DNA from: Amoebophrya sp. A120
Taxonomy: Eukaryota; Protista; Dinoflagellata
DNA length: 64,000 nt
Reading direction: 5' to 3'
Assembly: GCA_905178155.1 (NCBI GenBank)
Contig: CAJINV010000004.1
Location: forward strand, 2,564,228-2,628,227
This document shows, piece after piece, positions 1 to 12,116 of the stretch (the stretch's first letter is position 1; the number at the start of each line of letters is the position of its first letter). The notes under the pieces were generated by a model. It was not told where the DNA came from. It saw only the letters and a program-made list of their open reading frames with translations, and made no database searches. The translations under genes and the position numbers were made by a program.

Positions 1-3000
1 TAATCGTAGTAGCTCATGCCACTCATCAACATCTCCTCCTTGTCTCGCCTCAGCGCCCGCTCCTTCGCCTTTTTTTCCCGCAATTTCCTCGCGACGGTTT
101 CGCTCGCCAGCTGCGACTCCCGAGCGGGTAACACCCGCTTCGCCTTGCCGCGGGTGCACCAACTAATCCGGTCGTCGGACCCGAAACGTTTAGTCGCGGA
201 TTCCTTTTGCCGGAGGAGACTCTGCAACTGCGGCTGGTTTTTCACACGGTGGTAGTGGGGGAAAAAGGACTTCGCGGTGGTACTTTGTGGTTGTAGACCA
301 ACAGCACCGTGCTGTTCCTGTTGCTCGTCGTCAAGATGATCTACTCGTGCGGCGGAGTGTAGGTTCTGCGTCTCCTCCGATCGGTCAAAGGGGACAACGC
401 GGTCCGCGTGACTGCCGTGTTTACTCGTCGTCTTGTTCTTTGAGAAGTCCGAAGGGGACTTCATCTTACAACTACCCGTGAGTGCGTTTATTTGATGCTC
501 ATTTTCCTCCTGATCCTCTGCTCCCCCGCCTTGTTCCCCAAACCGCACCGCTTTGACCCCCGTATCTACTTCGGGATCATGACTTTTCGGTTGGTCTGTT
601 TGTTGAGCGGAAATGTTAATGTTTCCATCTTCCGCCTCCTCCTCGTGGAGTTGCGCAAACACCAATCGCATTTCCTCTTCCTTCCTCCGCAATCTCTCTT
701 TCTCCACTTCCGCAAACGCCACTGCGTCCGCAGACGCTAAAAGTGCTCCCTCCAGCGTCGCCGGGCCCTCGGTTAAAGACAACGCGTTCCAAATTTCCCG
801 CTTTTGCTCCGGCTCGGGCGATCTGGGGACGCGGTAGGTTTGATAGTGTGCCTTTCCTCTTGCGTCTTCGGCTTGCTGTTCTTTCGTTCGTTCCTCGCTT
901 TTATGTTTCGTAGTAGAGGTGGTGGATGAGGAAGCTGGAGCTGCCGAAGCGGAAGCTCCACCACCCACCGTTGTGGTACTGGAGCCTAGAACTCCTTCAG
1001 CTTTCGGCTTTTTGCCCATCTTGTTCGTGCGAAACACCTGGATTTCCGGGGTTTGGGGCTTCAACTTCTCGCGCAACCGGTCCGCGACTTGCACCCGGAT
1101 GGTCTGATCGCTGTCGTCCAGCCATTGCTGCCGCCGTAAGGCCGCGGCCTCTTTGGTCGTTATTGGCACGGTGGGTGAAGATGAGGCCGCCCCCGCGGGG
1201 GTAGTGGAGAAAGGCTTTACCTGGAGTGGTTGATGAAATATTTATACAGAGTGGGCGAATTCTTTCGTCATGTTGTTCGATCTAGTTACATTCGATCACT
1301 GTACTACATGGACGTGGGAGCAGGACCGCGACGAAATCAAAATTATGCACACAATGAGGTAAAAACACGGCACCTAGAGGTGTTTTAGGCTACCGCTCTC
1401 CTTCCTTACCTCTCTTTTCCCGCCTCCAACAGCAGCACCCCCCGCTTCCGCCTCCCGCCACATCGCTTTCGACTGCTTCGCGCACCTCGGGGACCACGCT
1501 TCGGAATCCTTATTTGCCACCACGGGTGCTTTATTCGCCGTGGTGGAAACGTGCTGGGAAACTAAATTCAGCTTGCTGGACCGCTGTGCCTGCAATCTTT
1601 CAGCCATGTTCAGGTGATCCGAGTTAGTACCCCCTGCGCGCTGCTGGACGGGGCTGTTGCTACTGGCAGGAAAAAATGATGAGTCGTTATTTCCAGAAGT
1701 AGAACCTGTCGCTCTATGCGCCACATGGTCTAGCAAGTAATAATCCGCTTGCGCCGCGCTCGGCCGAAACGCTTCCCAGAAGAAGTTTCGTTGCGGTCGT
1801 TTTTCCGGCTCGTCGACGGGGTTCCCCTCGCCCTCGGCGGACGTAGCGGATTTTTCTTCCTCCCAAATCTCTTCGTACCGCGTCGGAACTTCGGCTTCGC
1901 TGATAAAGTTTTTTGGGCAGTGCACTTCACTCATTGAAATGCACAATTTCCGTAACGACAAGCTCACTGTCCTGATATACAAAATGCCATCGAAGTTGTA
2001 GAACAAGTGATTCTTACTTTTCCAAAGCCCTGCCAAATTCTCTCTCCGACACCTCCAACTGGCGTAATCGATTCGTCGCCAGCACTATCGCGCTCTTCCG
2101 CAATTTCCCCGAGAACGGACTCGGGCTGCCGGCGCTAGGCGTGCCGGAGGGGGAGGGGAACAAGCCCGCGGCCTGTCTCGTGGTCGGACTCAACATGGAG
2201 CTGCTCGCCGGGCTGAAAGGTGGCTCACCTCCGGATAATTGGTCCGAAGCTCCTCCGACAGACGTTCCGCTGAAGGCCTGATGCATCCCGGTGACACTTG
2301 GCTCTCCGGTCGTCGACACGGTGGGGGACGCTGAGAGAGACGATGCTGCCGCACCTCCGATAAGTTTCGCTGGAGACGACACGACAGATGAACCACCACT
2401 GCCATCCTGCTCCTGCGCGACCACGGCTTGTTGCTGCGCAATTTTGCCAAACGCGATGTCCAGGGCGTGTTTGCGCTGCCACACCATCTCCGAGTCCAGC
2501 GGCGCATCGCGGAACCGGGTGACCCCCGGAATCCCCCAAATCCACTCGCTTTCGCTCTTGGGCTGCAGCGCCGAGAAGGTGTTGTCGCCGGTGCCGAGGT
2601 TGATCGTCAGGTCATCGCCGGGGAGCTCTTATCCTGTGCAAAAGTATCGCACTCGTATTGCGATCGTGCATTACAAACAAGGTCCGAGCACGGGGGCTGG
2701 GGCCCCCGTGCGGAGACCTTGCATCTTTGGAGGGTATTGGGCGGCCCGGGCAGTTTCCGAGGCCGGGCGGGCTTGCTCCTCGCGACATTTGAGCGCAGCG
2801 GCCGCAACGGGGACGCGCGTCGCGAAGTATACAAATGGCCACTGATTGCTGCGCCACCCCCAGCGGCCTACCACATAGGGCGCCCAAGGGGTGGCGCGTT
2901 CCCTTGCATGCACATGCAGGACTTCGGCACCGGCCGGACCCCTGCAAGCTGATGGCAGGCGTTTGGAAGTCGGCGCCGGACCAATGGGCGCCGCTGCCTG

Positions 3001-6000
3001 GCGGCCTTACTTGTAGTTGTGGAGAGAGCGAAGCTGCTGGCGGCCTAACTTCTAAAAGCCGGCGGCGCGCCTGCGGAAGGAAGCTGCCCCCAGCCTCACG
3101 GAAGTCATCGCCCGGCTTTTGGTCCATAGGCCTGGATCTTACTTACTTAGGAAGCCCGCACCGGCCGGAAAGGCAGCGAAATTCTCTACCACGAGAAACA
3201 GCCCGGCAAGGCTGGGCCGCTTTGCTTGTTTCTGACTGGATGGCTTGCGAAAAGTGTCCGCGCGACGCAGCTTGCTTCCTCGGCGCTTTTTAACCACGAG
3301 CGACGTCCCGGCCTGCCTGGGCCTTTTCGTGTGTTTCTGGTTTGCGAAATTGGCCGCGCGTGCGCCGCAGCTTTCTCGGCCTTTCTCTGCCACAAGAAAC
3401 AACCCGACCAGATTGGGCCTCTTTGCGTGCTGCGTGCGTGCCGGTTTGCGAAATGGTGGCTGGGTGCCGCGCGGCGCAGCTCCCTCGGCACTTTTTTACC
3501 ACAGGAAACCGCCCGGCCAGACTGGACCTCTTTGCGTGCTTCTGGTTTGCGAAAGTGGTCGCGCGGCGCAGCTTCCTCGGCATTTTCCTAGCACGAGAAA
3601 CAACCCGGCCAGACTGGGCCTGCTTGCGTGTATGTTGTCGGAATGCGGAAAGTGCTCGCGCGACGCAGCTCTTCCGGCACTTTTTTACCAACCACGAGAA
3701 ACAGCCCGGCCAGCCTGGGCCTTTTTGTTTGTTTCTGGTTTGCGAAAAGTGTCCGCGCGACGCAACACGCTTGGCACTTTTTTACAACGGGAAACAGCCT
3801 CGCCAGGCTGGACCTTTTTGCGTGTTGTCGGTTTGCGAAAAGTGCCCAAGCGAGGCGGTTTTTCCGGCACTTTTTTATCATGGGGAACAGCCTCACCAGA
3901 CTCGGCCCGTTTGCGTGTTCTCGGTTTGCGAAAAGTGCCCGCGCGACGCAGTTGGCCCGGCACTTTTTTACCACGAGAAACAGCCCGCCAGTCGGGGCCT
4001 CTTTGCGTCGTGTCGGTTTGCGAAAAGTGCCCGCGCGGCGCAGTTTGTCCGGCACTTTTTTACCACGAGAAACAGCCCCGCCAGACTGGGCCTCTTACTT
4101 TGCGTGTTGTCGGTTTGCGAAAATTGCCCGCGTGGCGCAGTTTGCCCGGCACTTTTTTACCACGGGAGAAAGCCTCGCCAGACTGGGCCCTTTTGCGTGT
4201 TGTCGGTTTGCGAAAAGTGCCCGCGCGGCGCAGTTTGCCCGGCACTTTTTTACCACGAGAAGCAAACAGCCGTGCCAGGCGGGGCCTTTTTGCGTGTTGT
4301 CGGTTTGCGAAAAGTTCCCGCGCGACGCAGTTTGTCCGGCACTTTTTTACCATGAGAAACAGCCTCGCCAGACTGGGCCTCTTTGCGTGTTGTCGGTTTG
4401 CGAAAAATGCCCGCGCGACACAGTTTGTCCGGAATTTTTTTACCGCGGGAAACTGCCTCGCCAGACTGGGCCTCTTTGTTTTCGTGGTGTCGGTTTGCGA
4501 AAAGTGCCCGCGCGACGCAGTTTGCCCGCCACTTTTTTACCACGAGAAACAGCCGCGCCAGACTGGGCCTCTTTGCGCGTTGTCGGCTTGCGAAAAATGC
4601 CCGCGCGACGCAGTTTGCCCGCCACTTTTTTACCACGAGAAACAGCCGCGCCGGACTGGAACGCTTTGCGCGTTGTCGGTTTGCGAAAAGTTCCCGCGCG
4701 ACGCAGTTTGTCCGGCACTTTTTTACCACGGGAAACAGCCTCGCCAGACTGGGCCTCTTTGCGTGTTGTCGGTTTGCGAAAAGTGCCCGCGCGGCGCAGT
4801 TTGTCCGGCACTTTTTTACCACGGGAAACAGCCTCACCAACCTGGACCTCTTTGCGTGTTGTCGGTTTGCGAAAAGTGCCCGCGCGACGCAGTTCGTCCG
4901 GCACTCTTTTACCACGAGAAACAGCCGCGCCAGCCTGGGCCTCTTTGCGTGTTGATTGTCGGCTTGCGAAAAGTGCCCGCGCGACGCAGTTTGCCCGGCA
5001 CTTTTTTACCACGAGAAACAGCCCGCCAGCCTGGACCTCTTTGCGTGTTGCCGGTTTGCGAAAAGTGCCCGCGCGACGCAGTTGCCCCGGCACTTTTTTA
5101 CCACGAGAAACAGCTTCGCCAGACTGGACTTCTTTGTGTGTTGTCGGTTTGCGAAAAGTGCCCGCGCGGCGCAGTTTGCCCGGTACTTTTTTACCACGAG
5201 AAACAGCCAGCCAGGCGGGACCTTTTTGCGTGTTGCCGGTTTGCGAAAAGCGCCCGCGCGACGCAGTTCGCCCGGCACTTTTTTACCACGGGAAACAGCC
5301 GCGCCAGACTGGGCCTTTTTGCGTGGTGTCGGTTTGCGAAAAGTGCCCGCGCGACGCAGTTTGCCCGGCACTTTTTTACCACGGGAAACAGCCTCGCCAG
5401 AGTGGGCCTCTTTGCGTGTTGTCGGTTTGCGAAAAATGCCCGCGCGACGCAGTTTGCCCGGCACTTTTTTACCACGGGAGACAGCCCCGCCAGGCTGGGC
5501 CTTTTTGCGTGGTGTCGGTCTGCGAAAAGTGCCCGCGCGACGCAGTTTGCCCGGCACTTTTTTACCACGGGAAACAGCCTCGCCAGACTGGGCCTTTTTG
5601 CGTGTTGTCGGTTTGCGAAAAGTGCCCGCGCGACGCAGTTTGCCCGGCACTTTTTTACCACGGGAAACAGCCTCGCCAGACTGGGCCTTTTTGCGTGTTG
5701 TCGGTTTGCGAAAAGTGCCCGCGCGACGCAGTTTGCCCGGCACTTTTTTACCACGGGAAACAGCCTCGCCAGACTGGGCCTTTTTGCGTGTTGTCGGTTT
5801 GCGAAAAGTGCCCGCGCGACGCAGTTTGCCCGGCACTTTTTTACCACGGGAAACAGCCTCGCCAGACTGGGCCTTTTTGCGTGTTGTCGGTTTGCGAAAA
5901 GTGCCCGCGCGACGCAGTTTGCCCGGCACTTTTTTACCACGGGAAACAGCCTCGCCAGACTGGGCCTTTTTGCGTGTTGTCGGTTTGCGAAAAGTGCCCG

Positions 6001-8600
6001 CGCGACGCAGTTTGCCCGGCACTTTTTTACCACGGGAAACAGCCTCGCCAGACTGGGCCTTTTTGCGTGTTGTCGGTTTGCGAAAAGTGCCCGCGCGACG
6101 CAGTTTGCCCGGCACTTTTTTACCACGGGAAACAGCCTCGCCAGACTGGGCCTTTTTGCGTGTTGTCGGTTTGCGAAAAGTGCCCGCGCGACGCAGTTCG
6201 TCCGGCACTTTTTTACCACGAGAAACAGCCGCGCCAGCCTGGGCCTCTTTGCGTGTTGTCGGTTTGCGAAAAGTACCCGCGCGGCGCAGTTTGCCCGGCA
6301 CTTTTTTACCACGAGAAACAACCCGCCAGACCGGACCTCTTTGCGTGTTGCCGGTTTGCGAAAAGTGCCCGCGCGACGCAGTTGCCCCGGCACTTTTTTA
6401 CCACCCGAAACAGCTTCGCCAGCCTGGACCTCTTTGCGTGTTGTCGGTTTGCGAAAAGTGCCCGCGCGACGCAGTTTGCCCGGTACTTTTTTACCACGAG
6501 AAACAGCCCGCCAGGCGGGGACTTTTTGCGTGTTGTCGGTTTGCGAAAAGTGCCCGCGCAACGCAGTTTGCCCGGCGCTTTTTTACCACAGGAAACAGCC
6601 TCGCCAGACTGGGCCTTTTTGCGTGGTGTCGGTTTGCGAAAAGTGCCCGCGCGACGCAGTTTGCCCGGCACTTTGTTACCAACCACGGGAAACAGCCCCG
6701 CCAGACTGGGCCTTCTTGCGTGGTGTCGGTTTACGAAAAGTGCCCGCGCGACGCAGTTCGCCCGGCACTTTTTTACCATCCACGGGAAACAGTCTCGCCA
6801 GACTGGGCCTTTTTGCCTGCGTATTGTCGGTTTGCGAAAAATGCCCGCGCGCCGCAGTTTGCCCGGCACTTTTTTACCACGAGCAACAGCCTCGCCAGAC
6901 TGGGCCTTTCTGCGTGTTGTCGGTCTGCGAAAAGTGCCCGCGCGACGCAGTTTGCCCGGCACTTTTTTACCACGGGAAACAGCCTCGCCAGACTGGGCCT
7001 CTTTGTTTGTTGTCGGTTTGCGAAAAATGCCCGCGCGGCGCAGTTTGCCCGGCACTGTTTTACCACGAGAGACAGCCTCGCCAGATTGGGCCGCTTTGTT
7101 TGCGTGTTTCTGTTTTGCGAAAGTGGTCGCGCGACGCAGCTTGCTCGGCATTTTTCTACAACGAGAAGCAGCCCGGCCAGCCTGGGCCTTTTTGCGTGTT
7201 ACCGGTTTGCGAAAAGTGCCCGCGCGGCGCAGTTTTTCCGGCACTTTTTTACCACGGGAAACAGCCTCACCAGACTGGGCCCCTTTGCGCGTTTCTGTTT
7301 TCTTTGCGAAGGTGGTCGCGCGAAGCAGCTTCCTCGGCATTTTTCTACCACGAGAAACAATCCGGCCGGACTGGGCCCCATTGCGTGTTTCTGGTTTGCG
7401 AAAAATGTCCGCGCGGCGCACCTTTTCCGGCACTTTTTCACCACGAGAAACAACCCGGCCAGGCTGGGCCTTCTTGCGTGTTTCCGGTGTGAGAAAAGTG
7501 TCCGCGCGGCGCAACCTTCTCGGCACTTTTCATTCTACCACGAGAAACAACCCGGCCAGGCCGGGCCTTTTTGCATGTGTCTGGTTTGCGAAAAGTGCCC
7601 GCGCGCCGCGGCTTTCTCACGAATTTCCTTCCGCGAGAAACAGCCCGGCAAGACTGGTTCTCTCCAGTGCCCTTCTCTGGTTTGCGAACTGCGTCCGCCC
7701 GGCGCAGTTTTTTCGGCACTTTTTTACCACGAGAAGCCGCCCGGCCCAGCTGCGCAGGCCAGGCCCTTGGGAAGTAGAGGCCGCCGTGCTTTGCGTTTTA
7801 TGGTCGTCGTGGTTCTTTGTGTTTGATGATCAAGAGCTGCGCGAGCTGGAAGGGGACTGGAAGCATCCAACTTGTGATGGATCATGCAAAAGATGGATCA
7901 TGCAAAATATGCATGACAAAAGTGGGCTTATACAAAACACGCGCGACAAAGTGGATCATGCAAGACATGGGCGGCAAAGTAGTGCGCATCATAGTGGATC
8001 ATGCAAAATATGCATGACAAAGTTGGGCGCTTCCAGACCCAGACAGATTCGCAAATGATATCGCATCGGCTGGAGTCGGGTAGAGTCGGGAAAGGTCGCT
8101 TTGCCTTTCCCGAGCTATTTACCCGACTTTACCCGACTCAAAACCTACCCTGGACCCGACTTTTACCCGACTCCTCACCCGACTCCACAGCTCGTGTTTG
8201 TTTTTTTCCCCGAGCTGTATCGGTCGGCTGAGGAGTCGGGTTGAGTCGGTTCCTGGGTCGGTTCCTGGGTAGGCTGTACCCCCCCCCCTCTTAAATCCAC
8301 TGTCCCCTCGTGTTACCTACCCCGGAACCTACCCTGGAACCTACCCTGGAACCAGGGTAGGAATGCCAATTTTGGCTAGTTGCTGCAGTTTCAATAGTAA
8401 TATTTTTCTTAAGGTAAATCAGCATGACAAATTTTATTTCTCGTGCTGAGGAAATTTGTAATGCATTTATACAAGTCCGATACTTTTGCAATGCATAGCT
8501 CTAAGAAAACCGATTCTGATTCGTTTGCCTCCTGTTGCCGCTTCTTCGCGGCCCGGCGCTCGGCGCGCCGGTCCCGCTTGCGATCGGGTTTGCTCGACAT
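1..8600 (-). CDS. Hypothetical low-complexity protein, 3' end outside the window. Exons 8600-8498, 2624-2018, 1971-1410, 1220-<1
   Basis: MSSKPDRK...ESVFLE joins in frame to LPGDDLTINLG...MVWQRKHALD after removing 2630-8497 plus one GCTCT repeat. Canonical GT-AG introns 1972-2017 (GTAAGA..ATCAG) and 1221-1409 (GTAAGG..TCCAG) keep the frame open to the window edge. Confidence 0.75.
2678..8400 (-). mobile_element. Non-autonomous insertion, possibly Helitron-like
   Basis: Sits in TTACAAA^TATTTT of the introner with no clear TSD and no TIR. Terminal hairpin 2678-2721, palindrome CCTACCCTGG-aa-CCAGGGTAGG at 8340-8361, internal satellite. Confidence 0.5.
3180..7750. repeat. 93-bp tandem satellite, roughly 49 units
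   Basis: Unit CCACGGGAAACAGCCTCGCCAGACTGGGCCTTTTTGCGTGTTGTCGGTTTGCGAAAAGTGCCCGCGCGACGCAGTTTGCCCGGCACTTTTTTA. Period 93 (e.g. 5578 vs 5671), near-identical centre ~5520-6200, degenerate flanks. Confidence 0.95.
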
Positions 8601-9645
8601 GGTGCGGTGGCGGGCTGAGGAGAAACGACCTGGCACTTGATGTGTGTAGAAGTTACTAGTGCCGCCTCCGCGCTAATGTAATACTAACTTTCATATGATA
8701 ATGATGGTAAACGTAAAATCGTTGCAAGTCAAAATTTGAATTTGAAAGACAAATCGAAATCGCCTTCTTGGCAACCAAAACAGGAAAGTCAGGTACGTAG
8801 GTGCAGGACGATTATTCAGTTTCATCGACTTATTGATTTACCCAAACACCAGACCATGACCAGCACGACGCGTATGAAAACTTACCGACATAAATTTTTT
8901 TCATTTGATTACTTATAGCGGCGATTGCCGAGCATCAGCATCCATAGCAAGGAGTCGCGCTGCACGACTTCCCGAAAAAAAAAAAAGGCAACGACAGCAA
9001 ATCTTACGACCGACTAAACCTGCATGCGCACAAAGAAAACAAAAAAGGAATGACGACGCCAGCTCTCCGCATTATCTCTTCCAGTAGTGCCGCTCGTGCT
9101 ACAACACAAAAAGTCACGATAGCGAACGAAAAAAATGCTTGTGGATGTTTCATTTAGGTTTTCCCATCGTCGATCCTCCATCGTCTTCCATGTTGTTGGA
9201 AATCTTTAGATGCGGTAAAAAGATTCAGATATATCTGTAGAAGAACTATCTAAAGCGACTCAACGCACAAAGGAACATACCATAGAAAAATCGCACAGAA
9301 CAACGGCACCAATCGATGCATCACCATCTGTTTCAGTTGACTACATCACTGAGACACAGAGATTTTTGTTTTCAGCTTCCGCCGCGGCCTCGTACGTTTG
9401 TAGGTATTTGTTGATGAAACTGAGGATCCGGATCTGCGGACGCAGCAGCAGATCAGCGGGAAATCAAGGAACTCCTTGTTTTTCTGAAACTGAAGATGTT
9501 ACTAATGACCAGCACTATCATTTCACAGGCGTGCCTCTGGCTGCAGTGCAGAAGCGGAATAAGAGATCACTGTGTTGTAGGTGGAAAGGCTAGATCACTT
9601 TAATTTAGTATCACAACCACGGCGCTGACGTTGTAGCTTCGTACT

Positions 9646-9667
9646 CTAAACCCTAAACCCTAAACCC
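9646..9667 (-). repeat. Interstitial telomere-like (TTTAGGG)3
   Basis: CTAAACCCTAAACCCTAAACCC on + strand, just downstream of the TUTase stop. Confidence 0.7.
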
Positions 9668-9679
9668 AACCCAGAGCTG

Positions 9680-11542
9680 TCATTGGAAAGTCGGTGCGTA
9701 GGTATTTCTTGGAGGATTAGGAAGAGGAAGAGCAGGAGGATTAGGAAGAGGTCGCCCGCATTTGTCTCGCTGCAGTGCATGCTCAGCGTCGACTGATACG
9801 GGGATCAACTCAGACACCTTGCTCGAGATCGCTTGGGATAACTCATCAAAGCCTTCCGTCGTTGTACAGCTGAGAATTCTTGGCCTCCCATTGGGCCCGA
9901 GCTCGAACGGATCCTCTGCGGCGACCGCAGACCATGTGACGTTTTCTGTCTCGTGTCTGCAAAATCCGCCACTTTTGATGCTCAAAACATATCGCTCTGG
10001 CCGCCTCCACGTTTTATCGATCCGCCCGTCAAGCAGGTTGAAAAACTGGCTCTCCAACACGTCGACGACGGTGTCCAGCGAAGCACTTTCGGGCGGCGAA
10101 GCTCCGATTTCGCGGGAGCTGAGTTTTCGAACATACCACTCCAATTTACGACAATACGGGCTTGCGCCCGACAACTGCGCCCAATCCCACCGCTCACCAT
10201 ACTGGCTACGCAGCCAGCCCTCCTGCGTGGTGTTATCTTGCAAATTGGGCAGGATCTCCCTCCACTGGAGAAAGGCCACGGCAAGCAGCGTATACGTGTA
10301 GCTGCTCAGCAGCCCGTTCGTGACGTTTCTGATCAGCTTCTTTTCCCGCGCCCAGGATTTCACTCGCAAAGCGAGAGCCTTTGCCACGGGGCAGGTCATA
10401 TACTGTGCGAGAAGGTTGGAATTCATCACGCCGTTGGAGTTGTTGACAGTGATTTCGATCGCAAGATCCTTATTTTTCGACCTGTATACGCAACGCACCA
10501 GCGGCACGCGGGCACCACGGACCACTTCGATATTTCTGTAGCTGTACCTGGGCGCCTTACGACGTTTGGCTGCTTTGTTGAGCCGCTGCGCAAACGCCTC
10601 CAAGTTACGCAACTGGAAGGTTCTTGTGTCGCTTTGGTCACGAATAGCGATAAAGTAGGTCAGATCTAGGTCGGATGCCTCTCCAGCAAATAAACCCGTT
10701 TTTGCGGACCCGTACACGATCCCTGTTAGTTGCAGCGCCTCGTCCATGCGACGCTTCGCGTTCGCGAAGAAGCGCTGTTGCTCCTCCGCTGGATCACTTT
10801 TTGAGATTGATACCTGTCGTTCGTGCGCCTCGTGCGAGATGTTGTTAGTAGTTCCCGGATCTTCCTCTTTGCCTTTGGCATCAGCTCCAGCATGTGCTGG
10901 GAGTGGTATTGCAGCGCTGCTGATCTTCATGCTGGCTGTACTATTTTCGGTGGCACTGCTTTCGCTTTGCGGCAAAAGCGGAGACGGGCGGGACAGCGGG
11001 ACGGCATGACCCGGCACCTGCGCTGACACTATAACAGCGCCGGTCTGCTGGTATTGGAGGTGGTGCTGCGGCGGGTTGGAGTCGGCGGCGCTGGAGGCCG
11101 ACGCCTGTTGAAAGTGCACCGAAACAGGAGCCGCCTGTACGTCAACGTTCGTGGTCAAATGAAAAGGAGAATTGGTCATCTCCCGCTGCCGCTCGTCACC
11201 AGCCGAAGAACCTTCTTTTAGTGGCTCGCGTTCGGTCAGATTCAGCAAGTTTCGTGGTTCTGGTCCAACAGTTTTAACGGGAAAAGGATACTTTGGGAGT
11301 GGGCCGAGATCGAGAAAAACGGGCTCAACATGAAAATCTGCTGGAAGAGTAGTTTTCTTTCCATAGTTCCGTTTCGACCTCCATCGGTGCAGACGCGCCG
11401 CGGCTTTGAGCGCCTCGAGGTCGCCCTGACGCTGCTCGGCCGCGAAGTAGAGGCGCCACTGCTCCTCCGCTGGGACTGGGTCACTTGTTGACATTAATAC
11501 CTCTGGTGGTTCTTGTGCGGTGTTCGTCGGTGCATCCATCAT
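9680..11542 (-). CDS. Cid1/GLD2-family non-canonical poly(A) polymerase or terminal uridylyltransferase
   Basis: Motifs YGSAKTGL..SDLDL, ARVPLVR, EITVNNSNGVMNS.LL, VKSWA, LSSYTYTLLAVAFLQ, EDPF. Single 620-aa ORF. Confidence 0.85.
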   Translation of the reverse strand: MMDAPTNTAQEPPEVLMSTSDPVPAEEQWRLYFAAEQRQGDLEALKAAARLHRWRSKRNYGKKTTLPADFHVEPVFLDLGPLPKYPFPVKTVGPEPRNLLNLTEREPLKEGSSAGDERQREMTNSPFHLTTNVDVQAAPVSVHFQQASASSAADSNPPQHHLQYQQTGAVIVSAQVPGHAVPLSRPSPLLPQSESSATENSTASMKISSAAIPLPAHAGADAKGKEEDPGTTNNISHEAHERQVSISKSDPAEEQQRFFANAKRRMDEALQLTGIVYGSAKTGLFAGEASDLDLTYFIAIRDQSDTRTFQLRNLEAFAQRLNKAAKRRKAPRYSYRNIEVVRGARVPLVRCVYRSKNKDLAIEITVNNSNGVMNSNLLAQYMTCPVAKALALRVKSWAREKKLIRNVTNGLLSSYTYTLLAVAFLQWREILPNLQDNTTQEGWLRSQYGERWDWAQLSGASPYCRKLEWYVRKLSSREIGASPPESASLDTVVDVLESQFFNLLDGRIDKTWRRPERYVLSIKSGGFCRHETENVTWSAVAAEDPFELGPNGRPRILSCTTTEGFDELSQAISSKVSELIPVSVDAEHALQRDKCGRPLPNPPALPLPNPPRNTYAPTFQ

Positions 11543-12116
11543 CTAATTGCACTAAGTATGGGGGGCCGGTCGTGAAATGGGTGTCTGGCCTGGATGAATA
11601 TTTATATTTCGCATCAGCAACGAAAAAGAAAATCACTTGCGTGCTCGCCTCTTGTGGCGACCGACTAACTGTTTCCCATGTTTCTGAGTTCCGAGAGAGA
11701 AAAGCAAGGCGCAAGTTTGCGTTGAGTGTTTCGACGCTTCCACGCCAACATCGAAGACAACTATGTCGCTACATCCTTTGAAGAAGAATACCGAGGAGAT
11801 GGAGAGTTCAACTCAACTTAGAGCACGAACACTTCGACTTCCTTTTCTGTTCTTGCGATACTACCGCACTAGATCTAGAACAAGGTGGGTCTATAAATCA
11901 TCTGTAATTTTGCATGCGCCTCCACTACTTTATTCTCAAATCTTTGTAGAGAATGAGAAGCTCGTGCTCGCTTCTTCATTTACATCGTTTATTTTCTTGC
12001 GGACGAGGACGGTGAGAAAGAGGATAGCATCGTCATCGTTTTTTCTCGTCAAGACCTTCACGTTCACACGATGCAAAAATAGCACTCAAGGCTGCTGTTC
12101 TAGTTTTTGTTCTTTT

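Larger units (their letters stand above)
2630..8497. mobile_element. Introner family A, expanded to 5.87 kb by a nested insertion
   Basis: Ends TATCCTGTGCAAAAGTATCG...CGATACTTTTGCAATGCATA, 5-bp DR GCTCT at 2625-2629 and 8498-8502. The halves 2630-2677 and 8401-8497 join into a normal ~145-bp A copy. Confidence 0.9.

Noticed and set aside
3180-7750. CRISPR array
   Set aside because: Units are contiguous with no unique spacers, no cas genes are present and the context is eukaryotic.
3245-8058. Long ORFs (1415, 1476, 956 aa and minus-strand ones) with CxxC-like repeats
   Set aside because: By-product of a stop-poor 93-bp (31-codon) satellite open in five frames; indels switch frames freely and it lies inside an intron.
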